Part shown: positions 12,401 through 25,505 of the stretch, in pieces
Numbering within the stretch: the first letter of the stretch is position 1
Layout of the letters: each line of letters begins with the position of its first letter
Assembly (NCBI GenBank): GCA_964106645.2
Contig: OZ067038.1
Strand: one strand, 5' to 3'
DNA length: 64,000 nucleotides
Source: Podarcis pityusensis
Taxonomy: Eukaryota
Notes under the pieces: generated by a model
Told to the model about the DNA's origin: nothing
Seen by the model: only the letters and a program-made list of their open reading frames with translations
Databases searched by the model: none
Program-made: the position numbers and the translations under genes

Positions 12401-14164
12401 TGCTCTTTCCCACAACCTTTGCACACCTGACATTATATGTGACATCAGGTTTGGGGCAGGTATGGACACAGCTACGAAAGAACAACCGGGAGCTTAAAGT
12501 TGAACTCTCTATTGTACCTGTTGAACTCCCTAGTGCAATCAGGCAGGGTGGAGGAATCACTTTGCATTCAAAATGCTTCCACCAAACAGGACATTTTTTC
12601 CTTGTAAAGGAGAAAATAACACTCTGCTTGGGGGAGGTATTTGAATCCAAAGTGCTTCTTCTACAGATAGAGAAATGCTCTATTTTTAAACATGGCAATG
12701 CAGAGGAGAAATGATTTGAATCCAAACAGCCTCTCCCCCCAAATGGGCTTCAGGTGGACTTCCGGTAACCGCTGATCAACAGATCAGCAGTTACAGCAAG
12801 TTCCTTTGAAGGTGATCCTACCCAATTGTCAGAGTTGACCTATGAAGGAAAGGGTGACTGTCAATACAGCCCACCCACTGGATTCAGTTCCCCACCCCCA
12901 ATTGGTTGGAAATCCCAAACCATTGAAAATTCTGCCCTGCTTTAATGGACAACTTTGCACATGAGTTGCCAAGTGCAGCCAGTACCATTACAGAACTCTT
13001 GGCTAAAAAATTCACAACTACAGTTTTGCCATTTCTGATTCTCCAAGTGATGTTGGAGACAAGCAGATGTGGCATGATAAGTAAATATTTATAATCTCTT
13101 TTATACTTCACTTGGTGAATGCACAGCATATTCTGGGATATCATCCAATAGCGTTTCCCCTCTTTTTAAATAGAAAGATTTTTAAAAGGCAAGGAGAATG
13201 TCTTGAACCTAACACTATTTTAATGTGTTTTTAAAATAATGCCGAATCTATGGATTATTATACAGATATTTTCGTTGGCTGCTTTTCTGTGCAAACGAGA
13301 CAAACTAGAGGGAAAACACCTAACACGGGTCACAAAATTACATTGCAATGGAACATTCGCTGATTAAAGGCTTGATCTCAGCAGCTGTGCTACTAAGTAC
13401 GAGAGAATGACAAAGTCACCCAATGAAGGAGGACTCACGAGGATCAACCCCTGGGGCCTCTGTGCTTGTGTTCAAATACTGGGGAAGAGGGAAACAAATC
13501 AAACTAAATGATTGACCTGCCACTGAAAGCTCAGGTAGACAGAAAGTGCCATAAAGAAGGAAGGCAAAACAAATCAACATTTCTTAATTCTCTTTAAAAC
13601 TAGCTGCAAGTGATATAATTGAGTCACAGTTACACAATTTTGCTCGCATAACGTTTGTTTTGTCTTGTGATCATCACTGGCTGAATAGGTTTTTCAGGTT
13701 TCAAATACTACACAAAACCTGCAGGACCTGTTTGAGCAGAGGTCATAATGGGGCCAAAGAAGGGAATGTATGCCCCTAGTTGATTTTTATGGGCATGGCA
13801 AATACATTACTTACATACAGCACCACACTTTGCTTTCAAGGCTCTGGTTTCAGTAATACAGCTGAATATTTCTACTCTGAGGAGATCGAGTTCTGCCACA
13901 GTTTCTCTCAGAAAATTTTCTTCTGAGGACATTAGTGTTGAATGAAACTCTGCTCTTAGTTCATATTGTTGGATGAGAGAAGCAATGGGCTACGAGAAAA
14001 GGAGCAGGGGCTAATACCTTAAATGAAACTTTAAAAATTTAAACAATTAGAGGCTGCAGCTCTGTTCACTTCACTCTCCAACTCCAACTAGCTGCATAAC
14101 ACCTTTCTAGCAAAGCCACCCAGCCACTCCATTTACTCCTTGCCCAAACCACCCGACATTCATT

Positions 14165-14398
14165 TTTTATTTATTTTATTGCATTTATCTACAGCATTTT
14201 CTTCCAAGGAGCTCAGGGTGGTTGCCATGGTTCTCCCCCTCCTCTCTCCCTCCCCACAACAACCCTGTGAGGCAAGTTAGGCTAAGAGGTAGCGACTAGC
14301 CCAATGTCACCCAATGAGCTTTGTGGCTGAGAAGGGATTTGAACCCTGACTTCTCAGGTCATAGTCCAACACTCTAACCATTACGCATCACTGGCTTC
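14165..14398 (-). mobile_element. MIR/Ther1-related CORE SINE (Squam3-like, older)
   Basis: CCCCACAACAACCCTGTGAGG...GTCACCCA...GGATTTGAACCC...CTCTAACCA pattern. Confidence 0.7.
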
Positions 14399-14903
14399 CT
14401 CCTCACCAAAGCCATCCATCCCCTCCAATTGTACTTTGCAAAACCCAGCCCTCCATTTAGACCTCTTCAAAACTCCACAGTTTGCCTGGACTGCTCACTT
14501 GCCAGCTGCTTGTCCACTTGTTAGCCTGGAGCACTCACCTAGCCGCCTCCATTTCCAGTTTGCTCTTTCTCACCCTCCAGTGCTACTGCATAGCCCAGCA
14601 GTTCTGAGAGCCTAGTTTCTCATTGTTCAGTAGTTTGCAGTGCCACCTGTTGGTGGCTCCATAAACTGCAGCATGATGATATTCATATCTTTATTATATA
14701 TCAGATATGATCCACAGTTGTCACCATGTTAATCTGTTGCAAGGAAAACAACATAAATTCTGGTGGCACCATAAAAACTAACAGACTTTAAGGTACCACA
14801 AGACTTCAAATTATAATTGGTCAAAGCCACATGGGCACCAAGCCATATAGGTACTACCACTAAACATACAAGACATACCATGAGGAACTCATGCTAGAGG
14901 GAT

Positions 14904-15077
14904 GCGCCGTAGCTCAGTGGTAGAGTATATGTTTCGCATGCAAAAGGTCCCAGGTTCAATCCCTGACATCTCCCAGTAGGGCTTGGGGGAACTCCCTAAA
15001 ATGCTGGAGAGTCACTGCTAAGTCAGTGTCAGTAAGACTGAGCTAGATGAACCAGTCTAAGGCAGCTTCCTATGTTC
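14904..15077 (+). mobile_element. tRNA-derived SINE (Squam2-like)
   Basis: A box TAGCTCAGTGG, B box GGTTCAATCC, tail GGCAGCTTCCTATGTTC. Confidence 0.75.
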
Positions 15078-15448
15078 TCATGTACCTAGGCTGTCCATGT
15101 TCACCAGTGAACACTAGTGTGAGCCAGTGAAAATTTGGTGCAAATGGGACCTTTGCACATCCTAGTTCCATGAAGGTATCCATTCTAATGCAAATTTCCT
15201 TGCCAATGCACTTTGATATACCGGTAAGCACAATCTTCTCTAGTTATAATCCACCATGTTCTTATAGGTTTTGTCTTGTTCTCTAAAAGCTGATTGCAAG
15301 TGTGCTTCCCTCTAAAATAGCATGACTCTCTTTTTGATGCCCTCTGTACATATGCTTGCAATCCCCCCCCCCCCCATCTCTCTCTCTCTCCCTCCTTTCC
15401 AAGTTTCTTTCATGTTATCCATTGGTTTTTCTGTTTCTCTTGCTTTAG

Positions 15449-15466
15449 CTACTGGTCTTAAGGAAT
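15449..15466 (+). other. Candidate 18-nt microexon
   Basis: GTTTTTCTGTTTCTCTTGCTTTAG | CTACTGGTCTTAAGGAAT | GTCAGT, with a UC-rich tract upstream. Confidence 0.35.
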
Positions 15467-15973
15467 GTCAGTGTTTCATGATTGTCTTGTGGTTTGGCTT
15501 TCTCTATCTGGTTTCGCATTCAGTTCTAGCCACTAAACGGGCTGGCATCGCCTGCTAGGTTTTTACATAGCACTGCAAAGTGGAAAAACTAGTTCTATCC
15601 AGCTTCCCTTGTTAGAGATGAGCCGGCTGTTAAATGCTTTTCCAGAATTCTAGCACGAATGCTGGATTTAGTTGTGACCACATATCCAAATGTTCTAAGG
15701 GTTTTTTAAAAATGTATGGAAAACAATAGGCTTGCCACTGAAAGACATACAATGTATTAACATATTCACATTCACGTCCAGTGATATCAGATCTTAACAT
15801 GATGGAAATGAACACTGGAAAAATGACATAAACAACATATACTGGGGAGGGAGGCATCTGAAATGTGGGGATTATCAAGTACACAGACACAAATACTGTA
15901 CTGACCTACCTGTGAGATGTAATCTACTGGGAGCAGTCAAGTACAACATTGTTTTGCTAGAGTGGTCATGCAG

Positions 15974-16910
15974 GGGATGTTGGTCCAGCCAGTCGAACTT
16001 CCTGTTACACCTGGCTGGTGCATCCTTCCTTGCATGTGACTGGTAGGTGGGCGTGACCTTTCCAGACCTGGTAAAAGGTCGTCACACAGCCACCTCCCTC
16101 TCTTTGACCTTCTTTTTCGTCCTACGAACTTCCTGGTTCACCTGGACTGTACTACTGGCTGCCAGCCAGCCAGCAGTCCCCCAGCTTATCTCCCATATGG
16201 GGTAAACCTGTTTGTACATGTTTGTAACTTCAAGCCTAAAGCTTGCCTTTAGGAATCACACTGTGCTCTGCCTGATCATGAATAAAACTACTTTTTGTTA
16301 CTTATGAATAAGACTGTTGTGTCTTTATTCTTTTAGGAGGGATCAAAGGGGTCTTACCAGGAATAATAGAACATAAACGGGCTCAGTTCAGTATACCTGA
16401 AGGAGCATTTCCACCCCCATCGTTCTGCCCAGACACTGAGGTCCAGCGCCGAGGGCCTTCTGGCACTTCCCTCGCTGTGAAAAGCCAAGTTACAGGGAAC
16501 CAGGCAGAGGGCCTTCTCGGCAGTGGCACCCGCCCTGTTGAACACCCTCCAACCAGATGTCAAAGAGTAAAACAACTACCAGACTTTTAGAAGACATCTG
16601 AAGGCAGCCCTGTTTAGGGAAGCTTTTAATGTTTAATAGGTTATTGTATTTTAATATTTTGTTGGAAGCTGCTGGGGAAACCCAGCCAGATGGGCGGGGT
16701 ATAAGTAATAAATTATTATTATTATATCTCAATCTGGGCAAGCCAGATTGAGTTGCTTGTTGTCTTAAGAGACTCACATGAGTATGCAACCAGCTTTCTG
16801 CTGTGTAAGAAGGGGAATGTAATTCTGCTATATAAAGGAACTTGCTAGCGTGAGTTCAGAAGGATATTAATAATCAATTTATCCTTTCCTACCACCCTCA
16901 ACATTCCCAC
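15974..16910 (+). mobile_element. Unclassified LTR-like repeat, interrupted by an L2 insertion
   Basis: TG...CA ends (TGTTGG...CTCAACA), internal AATAAA, and clear homology with 23420-23957. Confidence 0.5.
16373..16725 (+). mobile_element. L2 LINE 3' end
   Basis: RAFSAVAPALLNTLQPDVKE...FRRHLKAALFREAF and (ATT)n tail. Confidence 0.88.
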
Positions 16911-17140
16911 ACTACCTTGGTTAGGAGTAGTGAATTCAGATACTCAAGCAACCTAGATATCAAGGTTTGGAGAGAAAGGGAATTCTTCAGACTGGAACAG
17001 AAATTACACATTTCACAAATGCGCAAATCCAGAAAAAGCAATCTGTGCACAAAAGCAAGCTCTGGATTCCTCCCATAGGAGGGCCGTGTGGAAGATGTGA
17101 TCACCCCTGCAGTGTGGAAGGATCCTAGCAATTCATTTAT

Positions 17141-17355
17141 GGGGAAGAGCTCAGTGGAAGTGTGCATACTTTGTGCGCAAAAGGTTCCAGGTTCAACTGC
17201 TGGGCTGGGAAAGACTGAAATCTTGGAGAGGTGCTTCCCGTCAGTGCGATCCTTGGTCCATGTAGCTCAGTGTTTGACTAGCTCACTTGAGCTCATTGTT
17301 TAGCTCTCTGAAGGCAGCACTCAGCTAGATGGACCAAGGATCTGACTTGCTATGT
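17141..17355 (+). mobile_element. Decayed tRNA-derived SINE (Squam2-like)
   Basis: AGCTCAGTGG...AAGGTTCCAGGTTCAA...CTCAGCTAGATGGACCAAGG. Confidence 0.6.
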
Positions 17356-17944
17356 TTTTGAATTGTGTATTCATTCTGAAGCCGCCCCAGTTATTGCTTA
17401 TCTGGTGGGGTAGGGCTCTGAATTACGACTTTTCTCCCACCTCCCACAGCCCCATCCCACCAACCAACCATATTGGTGGATCAAACCAGCAATGATAATA
17501 ATTTATTCAGCATAGCCTCTGGGGGCCTCAGGACTGAGGACTTTTTTTATATATAATCATCCTAAACATTTTCAAGCTATCAGTGGCAATATGACACTTG
17601 TGCATACGATCGTGCTCTCCTCCCCATGTCCCAAGTCGGTAATTCATGTTTGCATTTCTCCCCCTTAATAACAAGTTTGATCCCTCGGCTGCTGGCAATT
17701 GGTCATTGAAAAAAAATCTCCTGACATAAAGAAGGTATCTGCAAGATAAAGTTGTACAAGGGATGATTAGCGGCACTTAAGTTTCCTTTTTGTTGAAAGG
17801 AAGAATCCCTGATTGAACAGTGCATTGAATGATATGACAAGCGAGTACTTGATCCCTGTCCAGCTGGAAAGGAATTGTATTCATCAGCAGCTTTTTCAGC
17901 TAAGGATGTCTTTATATTTTCACTCTTTGTCTGAGTCTCTCCAG

Positions 17945-18076
17945 NNNNNNNNNNNNNNNNNNNNNNNNNNNNNNNNNNNNNNNNNNNNNNNNNNNNNNNN
18001 NNNNNNNNNNNNNNNNNNNNNNNNNNNNNNNNNNNNNNNNNNNNNNNNNNNNNNNNNNNNNNNNNNNNNNNNNNNN
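17945..18076. other. Assembly gap (132 N)
   Basis: Run of N. Confidence 0.99.
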
Positions 18077-21000
18077 TGTTCATGGTTCGCTGCCAATTCT
18101 TCTTTTGTAAAGTTAATAAAACTTTTCATAAAACACTTACATACTTGTATATTTCATGGTAAAGATTTTTTTTTCCTATCTCAGAGGCTAATGTAAAGAT
18201 TTATTAAAACCATTCTTGTTAAGGGGAGTGTCAATAGTCTGCAGCTGAGTATAATTTCGCATTCCCACTAGATGACGGTCTGACTGAAAAAAAATGACAG
18301 TAACAGCTTTGTTGATTTAGCGCTAAAAATACAAAAAAGATACTTTCAAATGATAGAAAGCTCCTGATGCTCAGAAAGTGTGCTGCTGAAATGCACTCAA
18401 GGCCCAGCAGTAGTCACAGTGAAATTCTTGCAAGCTCTATGAACTTTGCTGCCCGTTCCACCACTAGGCTAAGACTCAGAACTGGCAAAAGAACTCAGAC
18501 CTGTGCTGGCTGGTGCCTGTCTGCAATGGTAGGACAGAAGGCAGAGTGACCAACAGGTGGAGCCAGAGCCAATGGCCAGCAAATCTAACTAATCCTGGTG
18601 TGGTTCCCCCTGCCTTCTTCCTTCCTGCAGTATTCTATAAGAACAGCACTGAGACTAAGGAGGAGGAAGCTGACAGGGGGTTGCAGGCAGGTAGGGTTTT
18701 AGCGAGGTGCCTTGTTTGCCCTCGTGAACTAGCTGCCACTTGGGCTGGGGGCTGATTGAGGGCAGATAATGGCTGGTAGGACACTTCTGTCCCAGACAGC
18801 ATTCTAATTAGACAGTTCAACTCCTTAGAATCTGGGGCTGTTCAAATTGGTGCCCCTGGGAGCAAGCTAGGGATGTGTGGTTTTAGTGCCGGTGGAAAGG
18901 GATGAGCCTCTACACCAAAATGCATTTTAAATGGCTCTCCCTTCATACCTGTATTTAATAAAACTAAGATAGAGGGAATGGGAACTGCCCACTATTTTTC
19001 CATTCTACAGTTCAGTTCACCACAATACTGTTATCAGTGGTGCAATTTAAAAAAAAATTCCCATGGAAATTCATCAGTATTTTAGTCCACCTGTCTTCTA
19101 TCACACTCCCCTTTTTGTCTGAATTTTTGCCTAATAAAATGTTTTTGCAAATATATGCATTTTTATGCACACTTTTCTCTAACATTTGCATCTTTGTACA
19201 CATTATTTGGTTGTAGAACAAAATTGCAAACTTTGGAAAAGTGTGGATTTCAAATGTTTGCTGTGCTTGAATTTGTGCCTTGTTTGAGGAAGTGAGAATT
19301 GGGTACATCCATATTAAAATGTGTTTTTGAGTGGTGGTTGTCTAGGCAGAGGTTTCCCCCCAGTTCTGCTCCTTGAGATCCTTTTACATAGAAGAGCCAT
19401 GGATTGAACTGGGGTCTTCTGCAATGGAGGACCGTCTCAAGATATAACTGAAGGGAAATTGAAAACCAGATGAATAAGAGAAAAAGACTGCAGAGTGCTA
19501 GGAAGTGTCACATGCATTCCTAAAATTATTCCCCCAATGAAAAGAAAATAAACCATATGCACTCAGTCACATAGACTAATACACATAAAAAACCCAATGG
19601 CAATGGAGGGAGAAGAGAGACTAGTTAGTATATCCAAATACATCAGATCATTTCATAAATCTGGATGACTCACAGCTGAATGGGTGAACAATCCCAATGA
19701 AAAATCATTCAAGGGGTTTTGACCTGTGATGGCTCATTCACACATCCAAGTCAGCGCTTGATGCTACAGTCACCAGCTTAGGAATGTGAATGTGTGAACC
19801 GCTTGGAATGCATCCTGCTCAAATCTGAGGCAAGGAATCATGGTGCATGAATGTGACTAGTACAGACAACAGATGTTTTGTTGTTGGAAATGATAATAGG
19901 ATTTGGGGACACTTGCATGTCAAACTTGATCATGTTACTTCAATTCATCCTCCCTGTGTGAATAAATAAGAGCATAGAGCCTTAGAGACTCAATTAGTGA
20001 GCATAAATATAATGAGGAGGTAACTACACAAAGAGACTCAAAAAGAAACTAGTTGAAAATAGAATATGTTTTGAGACAGTGCTGAGTTACTGCTGCTTCC
20101 TGACCTAAATTGGCCACAAATTACTAGTCTTAAATGGAAATGTAATGCTTCTTGAAATGGAATTGTGTAATTCGGCTTCTGACATACTTTGGGAATCATT
20201 CAGCTCTTCTGTTCGGAGTCCTTTGTTAATGGATATGAATAAAGCCCTGAGCTACTGGACCCAGAGGAAAGGCGCTCTCCTTCCACACATTGGAAGGAAA
20301 ATGCAAAACGAGTCCTTTGCACAGAAATGTAAAGTTTATCTGCATGGTGGGCTACAAGGAAGAAGGGTTTGGAAATCATCTCTCACTGGCAACCAGTGAT
20401 GTTTGAGTTCTCCATGCAATAAGGCTAGCATGCATGCAAAAGTGCAGCAATTTTTGCATGTGTAAAAAGCATTTTTGGCAGCTTTCACAAAGGGGCTATT
20501 CTAGGGGTGTGCATCAACTCCAATACTCAGTTTATGGGGGGGGGGGGACCTTTTGCATTTAAAACAGTCTGATTTAGCTCAGACCACTTTGGAGCTGCCT
20601 GATCCAGCTTGAGGGTCCAAGTCTTCTTTGTTCTCTCTACTCCATTGACTGTTGGGAAATTTAAAACATGGCCGATCCATGTCTCTCTCTGGGTGTTATC
20701 TCTCTCTCCCCCCCCCCCCACTAGTACTAATAATAGTCCCTCCAGAGTGGGTAAAGCCAGCCAAATTAATAATGATTTATTCTGAAAGGTTTAAGATAAT
20801 TTTTGCTGTTGTTAACTTTAATGCGTTAAATGTGCATTCTGTAGTTGATCTCCTTGGTAATGTATTCATTTTTGAAATATTTAAGAGAATATTTTTGTTT
20901 CCTATTAAAGCATTCCTGCTTTGAATGTATATTTTATATTTGGCATTTATTCTGCATTGTTTTATTGGATGTCTAGATGTAGGTTGTAAACCGCTTTGAG

Positions 21001-21239
21001 GTTTTTTTCTTAAAAATATAAAGTGGTATAGAAATGAAATGATGATGATAAAAGCAAACTTGTATTTCTTCCTGCTTCAAAGATGCTCTTTTTTATCTCT
21101 TGTACTTTCTCAGCTTGACTGCTATAATTTTCTTCTTTGCCCCTTTCCCAGAGTCACCTTCTCTCCTCCATTCTTAACTCTGCAGGTCATTTATTTTATT
21201 CATTATCTTATCACACACACCCCTTCCTATTGCACTTCT

Positions 21240-21470
21240 TGGAATAGGCTACCTATAATGTCACCTCTTGGTCAACTTTTCTCTAAACTAAGAATTCCAA
21301 AATGCTTTCTTCCTAGGGAGTCATTCCACCCCCTTGACCATTTTGGTCACGCCTTCCCAACTCTACAATATAATTTCTGAGGTGAGGCAACCAGAACTGA
21401 ACACAATATTCCAAAAGCAGTCACACCACAGGTTTGTGTAGCAGCATTAGGATATCAGCAGCTTTATTGT
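21240..21470 (-). mobile_element. Decayed CR1 fragment
   Basis: CCAGAACTGAACACAATATTCCAA (minus strand: LEYCVQFW), a CR1 ORF2 motif. Confidence 0.65.
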
Positions 21471-23419
21471 GGAACAGTTGCTGGGTGGGGTGGCATAATG
21501 TTTCTGTAAAAAATACAGTGATGATATGAATATGTTCCTGTGAGGTATTAAGGAATACATCGGGATAAAGCATTGTACCTAGAGACGCCTAAAAGTGGCA
21601 AGCTATTGATTTCATGGAGCCAGAATGCCACAAAATGAGTCTGTTTGTATGCTTAAAGCAATGAACATGCAGGTTCAGTACCTACTGAACCATGTCTGCC
21701 TATTCTATTAATATGCTTACCAGCTCTGTGATTCAAAAGAGAAGTATCAAATACTCTCTAATTGAGGCCGAATGTGTGAAGTGCAGAGGTCTTCTTTTTC
21801 CCTCATAGGGCAATCTCATACATATGTCAGTTCAGTTGTATTTAAAAACTCAGACAAAAAAAAAATAGCATAAATTGTTTTGTTTTGTTAGAAATTGCAT
21901 ATTAGAAGATTAAAGCACACGCAGACAGCCCTCCTCACCACAATTCATGTCAAAATGATATCAATAATTGCCAGTTTTTAACTGGCTCAGAAGGTTTCAC
22001 AGTTTATGCTTTATAGAAAATTGCTTATTGTTGCCTTTGATGTTGACACTATTTAATAGAGATTCCCCCCCCCCCCATGAATTGTTTCAACTTGTTGGTG
22101 CTGTGTTTACATTAGCAAAGCTTTTGAGAAGCAAGCCATCAACAAATGATATTGGACGATTTAGAAAAGATATAGATTGTATTCCATCACTAGTTTTTAA
22201 TGGGTGTATGTAATGTGATTTTCAACTGGTCATTTCATTGTGCGTGTTTATATGGTAATCTGCTCCGACTCTAGGGATGGGATGAGTTTGAAGCTCAATC
22301 AAACAAACAAACAAATGGCCTATGATGATGGCATTTTAATATGTGGAACACATGAACCATCAAAAATTTCAGTGGTGTAGTTTGATCTTTAAATATGCAG
22401 TGTTGTGTACTTTACATTTCATTCACATTTCTAACACTTCCCCCCTTTTAATTTACTGCTGCTCAAAGTGTGGCAAACATTGATTCTATGAGCTTGCAAG
22501 GAATGGCCTGAGAGTCCCTGATGGTGCAGCGGTGGTTGGCGCTGAACAGCTGTCAATCTGATCAATCTCCTGGAAGGATGCAATCATTCATTTAAAAAGA
22601 AGGAGACTGCATGATCACATATTCCAATTGCAAGGATCATATAATTTAGATGAACAAATCAAGTGGTGGAAATGAGCTACCAAATGTCTTCTGTTTGTAA
22701 GGGAAATTGTAAAGAAAAAAAGATCTAGGGCCACCGTGATTCTTTATTCTTAGCGCTTTTGCAAAACACAGTTGAACAGGAGTGGTGGGCTGGGCAATGC
22801 TGTGTGGACAGCAGCAGCACTACGGCATAGTGAGATTGCTTGGCAGCAGGGTAGGGCGGCAGCAATGCCAGGGCAGCACAAGGGCACCAGTAATGCTAAA
22901 CTTGCAGTCCCATAGGTGTGCAGCCAGGCCAGCTGCTCCTGTGCAACAAAACATATGCAAATACTATGCAAATCTGTGTCCTCTTTCTCGGGTGGGTCTG
23001 AGGGTCCAATTCCTCTACAGTGTACTGGGCCATAAAGTCCTGTTGCCACCCCTTTTGGAGCACCTGACTGCTTTGATATTTCATGAACCCAGAACCCCAT
23101 TGAATGAACATTGGTTTTGCTTGGAGCACTGCCCATTCCAGTAGAACTTTATTTCTCTCCTGGATTTGGCTCTCAGAAAGTTGCTATCTGTAGCTTGAAA
23201 CATACTGTTGAACAATTCCAGCTCCAGATGAACCAAGCTGAGACCTTGCTTTGAACCACCCATCATGCACTCAATCCAGTTGGTATAAGACAAGGATCTC
23301 CTCGTCCTGCTTTTCATCTCCTTGCATGCAGTGGTGGCTCATGTGGGATGTAATCCATTGGTGCAGTCAAATGCAACATTCCTTATTTCTCTAGAGTGGG
23401 CACAAGCAGGGGGACATCC

Positions 23420-23957
23420 AGTCAGTGTAACTTCCTGTTCCACTGGTCTGGAGCTTCCTCCCCCTGTATGTGATCTGGGAGATGGGCATGGCCCTGGCTC
23501 ACTCCTTAAAAGAACCAAATCATGCAGCCATTTTCTTCACTTGCAGATTTGTCCTGATCACTTGTCTTGTTCTACTTTTGCTGCCATGCTGCTCTCCTGC
23601 AGCCATTTTGTTCTATTAATGTAATTTTGCTGTCTGCTGGCTCTCAGCCAGCAGCGCATGAGTTCAGTCTCCATATGAGATGAACTCACAGTTTATTTGT
23701 GTAACTACCAAGTAAAGTCTGCCTTTCAGGGATCAAATCGTGAACTGAAATGTGAGTAAACTTTTTGTTACTTTACTCAGAAAGACTCTTGTTTTATTCT
23801 TTTAAGAGGGATTAAAGGGGACACCAGGAATAATCTTAACTAAGAGATTATAACAAATCTGAAAAGTAGCTTTCAGCTATATTGAGGGGAATCTGCTCTG
23901 CTACATCACTTACTACTTATCCAATATATACTTTCCTACTATCCTTAACATTCCCAC
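23420..23957 (+). mobile_element. Second copy of the unclassified LTR-like repeat
   Basis: TTTTTGTTACTT...TATTCTTTTAAGAGGGGATTAAAGGGG...ACCAGGAATAAT and terminal AACATTCCCACA are shared with 15974-16910. Confidence 0.5.
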
Positions 23958-25056
23958 AGCTCATGGGGTGGGTGAGGCAGTGGCAGCCTTGCACCAGCAG
24001 TTCTGCATTCTTCACACCAATGATGGGATGGGGCAAGGTGGTGGTAGTGAGGTTGGAGGTGCTCTGGGCTGGTGACAGTGGCCCTACAGGTGCACACACT
24101 CCTCTGGGGCCCCTGCACCCCAGAGCTCCCCATATCCTATTGCCTTTGCCCCACCCCATGTCCACCCCAGTGAACGCAGTGCCACTGGTGGCCAGACAAC
24201 ACTTCTTCCCTGCTCCCATGAGCCACTGCTGCGTGCCTGTACAAATTTCATTCAAACATGTAGATCTACTTCAGGGGACACTAGCACTTTCTTTATGTTC
24301 ATAAGATAGCCTGTTCTGATCTTTCATTCTTTTTGCCATTCCCACAATTTTACTGAAACTTTTATTTTTATACTATGAATTCTACTCTTCTGGAAGTGTC
24401 AGCTACTCAAGCTGCCTTCCAAATCACTTAATTATTTTACAGAAGAAGAAAAAGGAAACCCACCAACTGCAAAGGGGTTTACTCTCAGGTAAGTGTGTAG
24501 GGGATTGCAGCCTTAGCCTCCCAAATTTGGGATCAAATGTTCCCCTGTCTGAACTTGTTTCTCCACCTCCCACTTTCTCTCACAAAGAAACTCTTGTGCA
24601 GGAATTGTCATCAGGGAAAATAGAAGGGGGAAACAGAGAAATCTTTGATCTTTGCAGTCAACCTCTGCAGCAAAAGTGAATGGGAGATCAAACACAAGGT
24701 GAAATATATGCTATGATGGGTCACAGGAATCCAATATTCCAATGAACAAAAAGATCTGCTGGAAATACCACAATTAAAGCAGGTTCTATGAGTAACAGAA
24801 AATTCAGGCACAGATATTTGCTTAATAACCTTGCAATTTCGCACAACTAGGTTTTTGTTTTTTTTTTAAAGGCCTATAAAGCGTATATTGTGCAGTGACA
24901 AGAAGAAGCTTCTATTTCTAAGAAACTTTTCAAAAGGAGTCTTTTCACTGCCTCTTAAAAACAGCATTTCAAAAACACTGATGGTGGTTGCCTGCTTTCC
25001 ATGGAGAAATTCCTAGGTTCATTCCTGGGGCATCTCTGATTAAAAGGATCTCAGGT

Positions 25057-25302
25057 AAGAAGAAGAGTTTGGATTTGATATCCCGCTTTATCACTACCCG
25101 AAGGAGTCTCAAAGCGGCTAACATTCTCCTTTCCCTTCCTCCCCCACAACAAACACTCTGTGAGGTGAGTGAGGCTGAGAGACTTCAGAGAAGTGTGACT
25201 GGCCCAAGGTCACCCAGCAGCTGCATGTGGAGGGCGGAGATGTGAACCCGGTTACCCAGATTACGAGTCTACCGCTCTTAACCACTATGCCACACAGGTT
25301 TC
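25057..25302 (-). mobile_element. Squam3-type CORE SINE
   Basis: Near-identical reverse complement of 48492-48730; (CTT)n tail. Confidence 0.88.
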
Positions 25303-25319
25303 TGCCTGAGACAGCAGAG

Positions 25320-25505
25320 CATAAGAACATAAGATCCTGCTGGATCAGGCCAATGGCCCATCTAGCCCAGCATCCTTCTCTCACAGTGGCCACCCAGATG
25401 CCTATGGGAAGCCCACAAGCAGCACCCGAACCTTCTCGCCTCCTGTGGTTTCCAGCAACTGGTAGTTAGAAGCATTACTGCCACTGACTGTGCAGGCAGA
25501 GCAAA
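25320..25505 (-). mobile_element. CR1-like 3' UTR fragment
   Basis: CATAAGAACATAAGA tail followed by CTGCTGGATCAGGCCAATGGCCCATCTAGCCCAGCATCC. Confidence 0.65.

Noticed and set aside
14904-14975. tRNA-like sequence with A and B boxes
   Set aside because: Continues into a SINE body and tail and has mismatched stems; a SINE head, not a functional tRNA.
17703-18196. ORFs spanning the N run
   Set aside because: Artefacts of translating through the assembly gap.
23081-23317. Minus ORF faintly resembling a gag-like zinc-finger region
   Set aside because: Too degenerate to support; the Cys/His pattern is incomplete.
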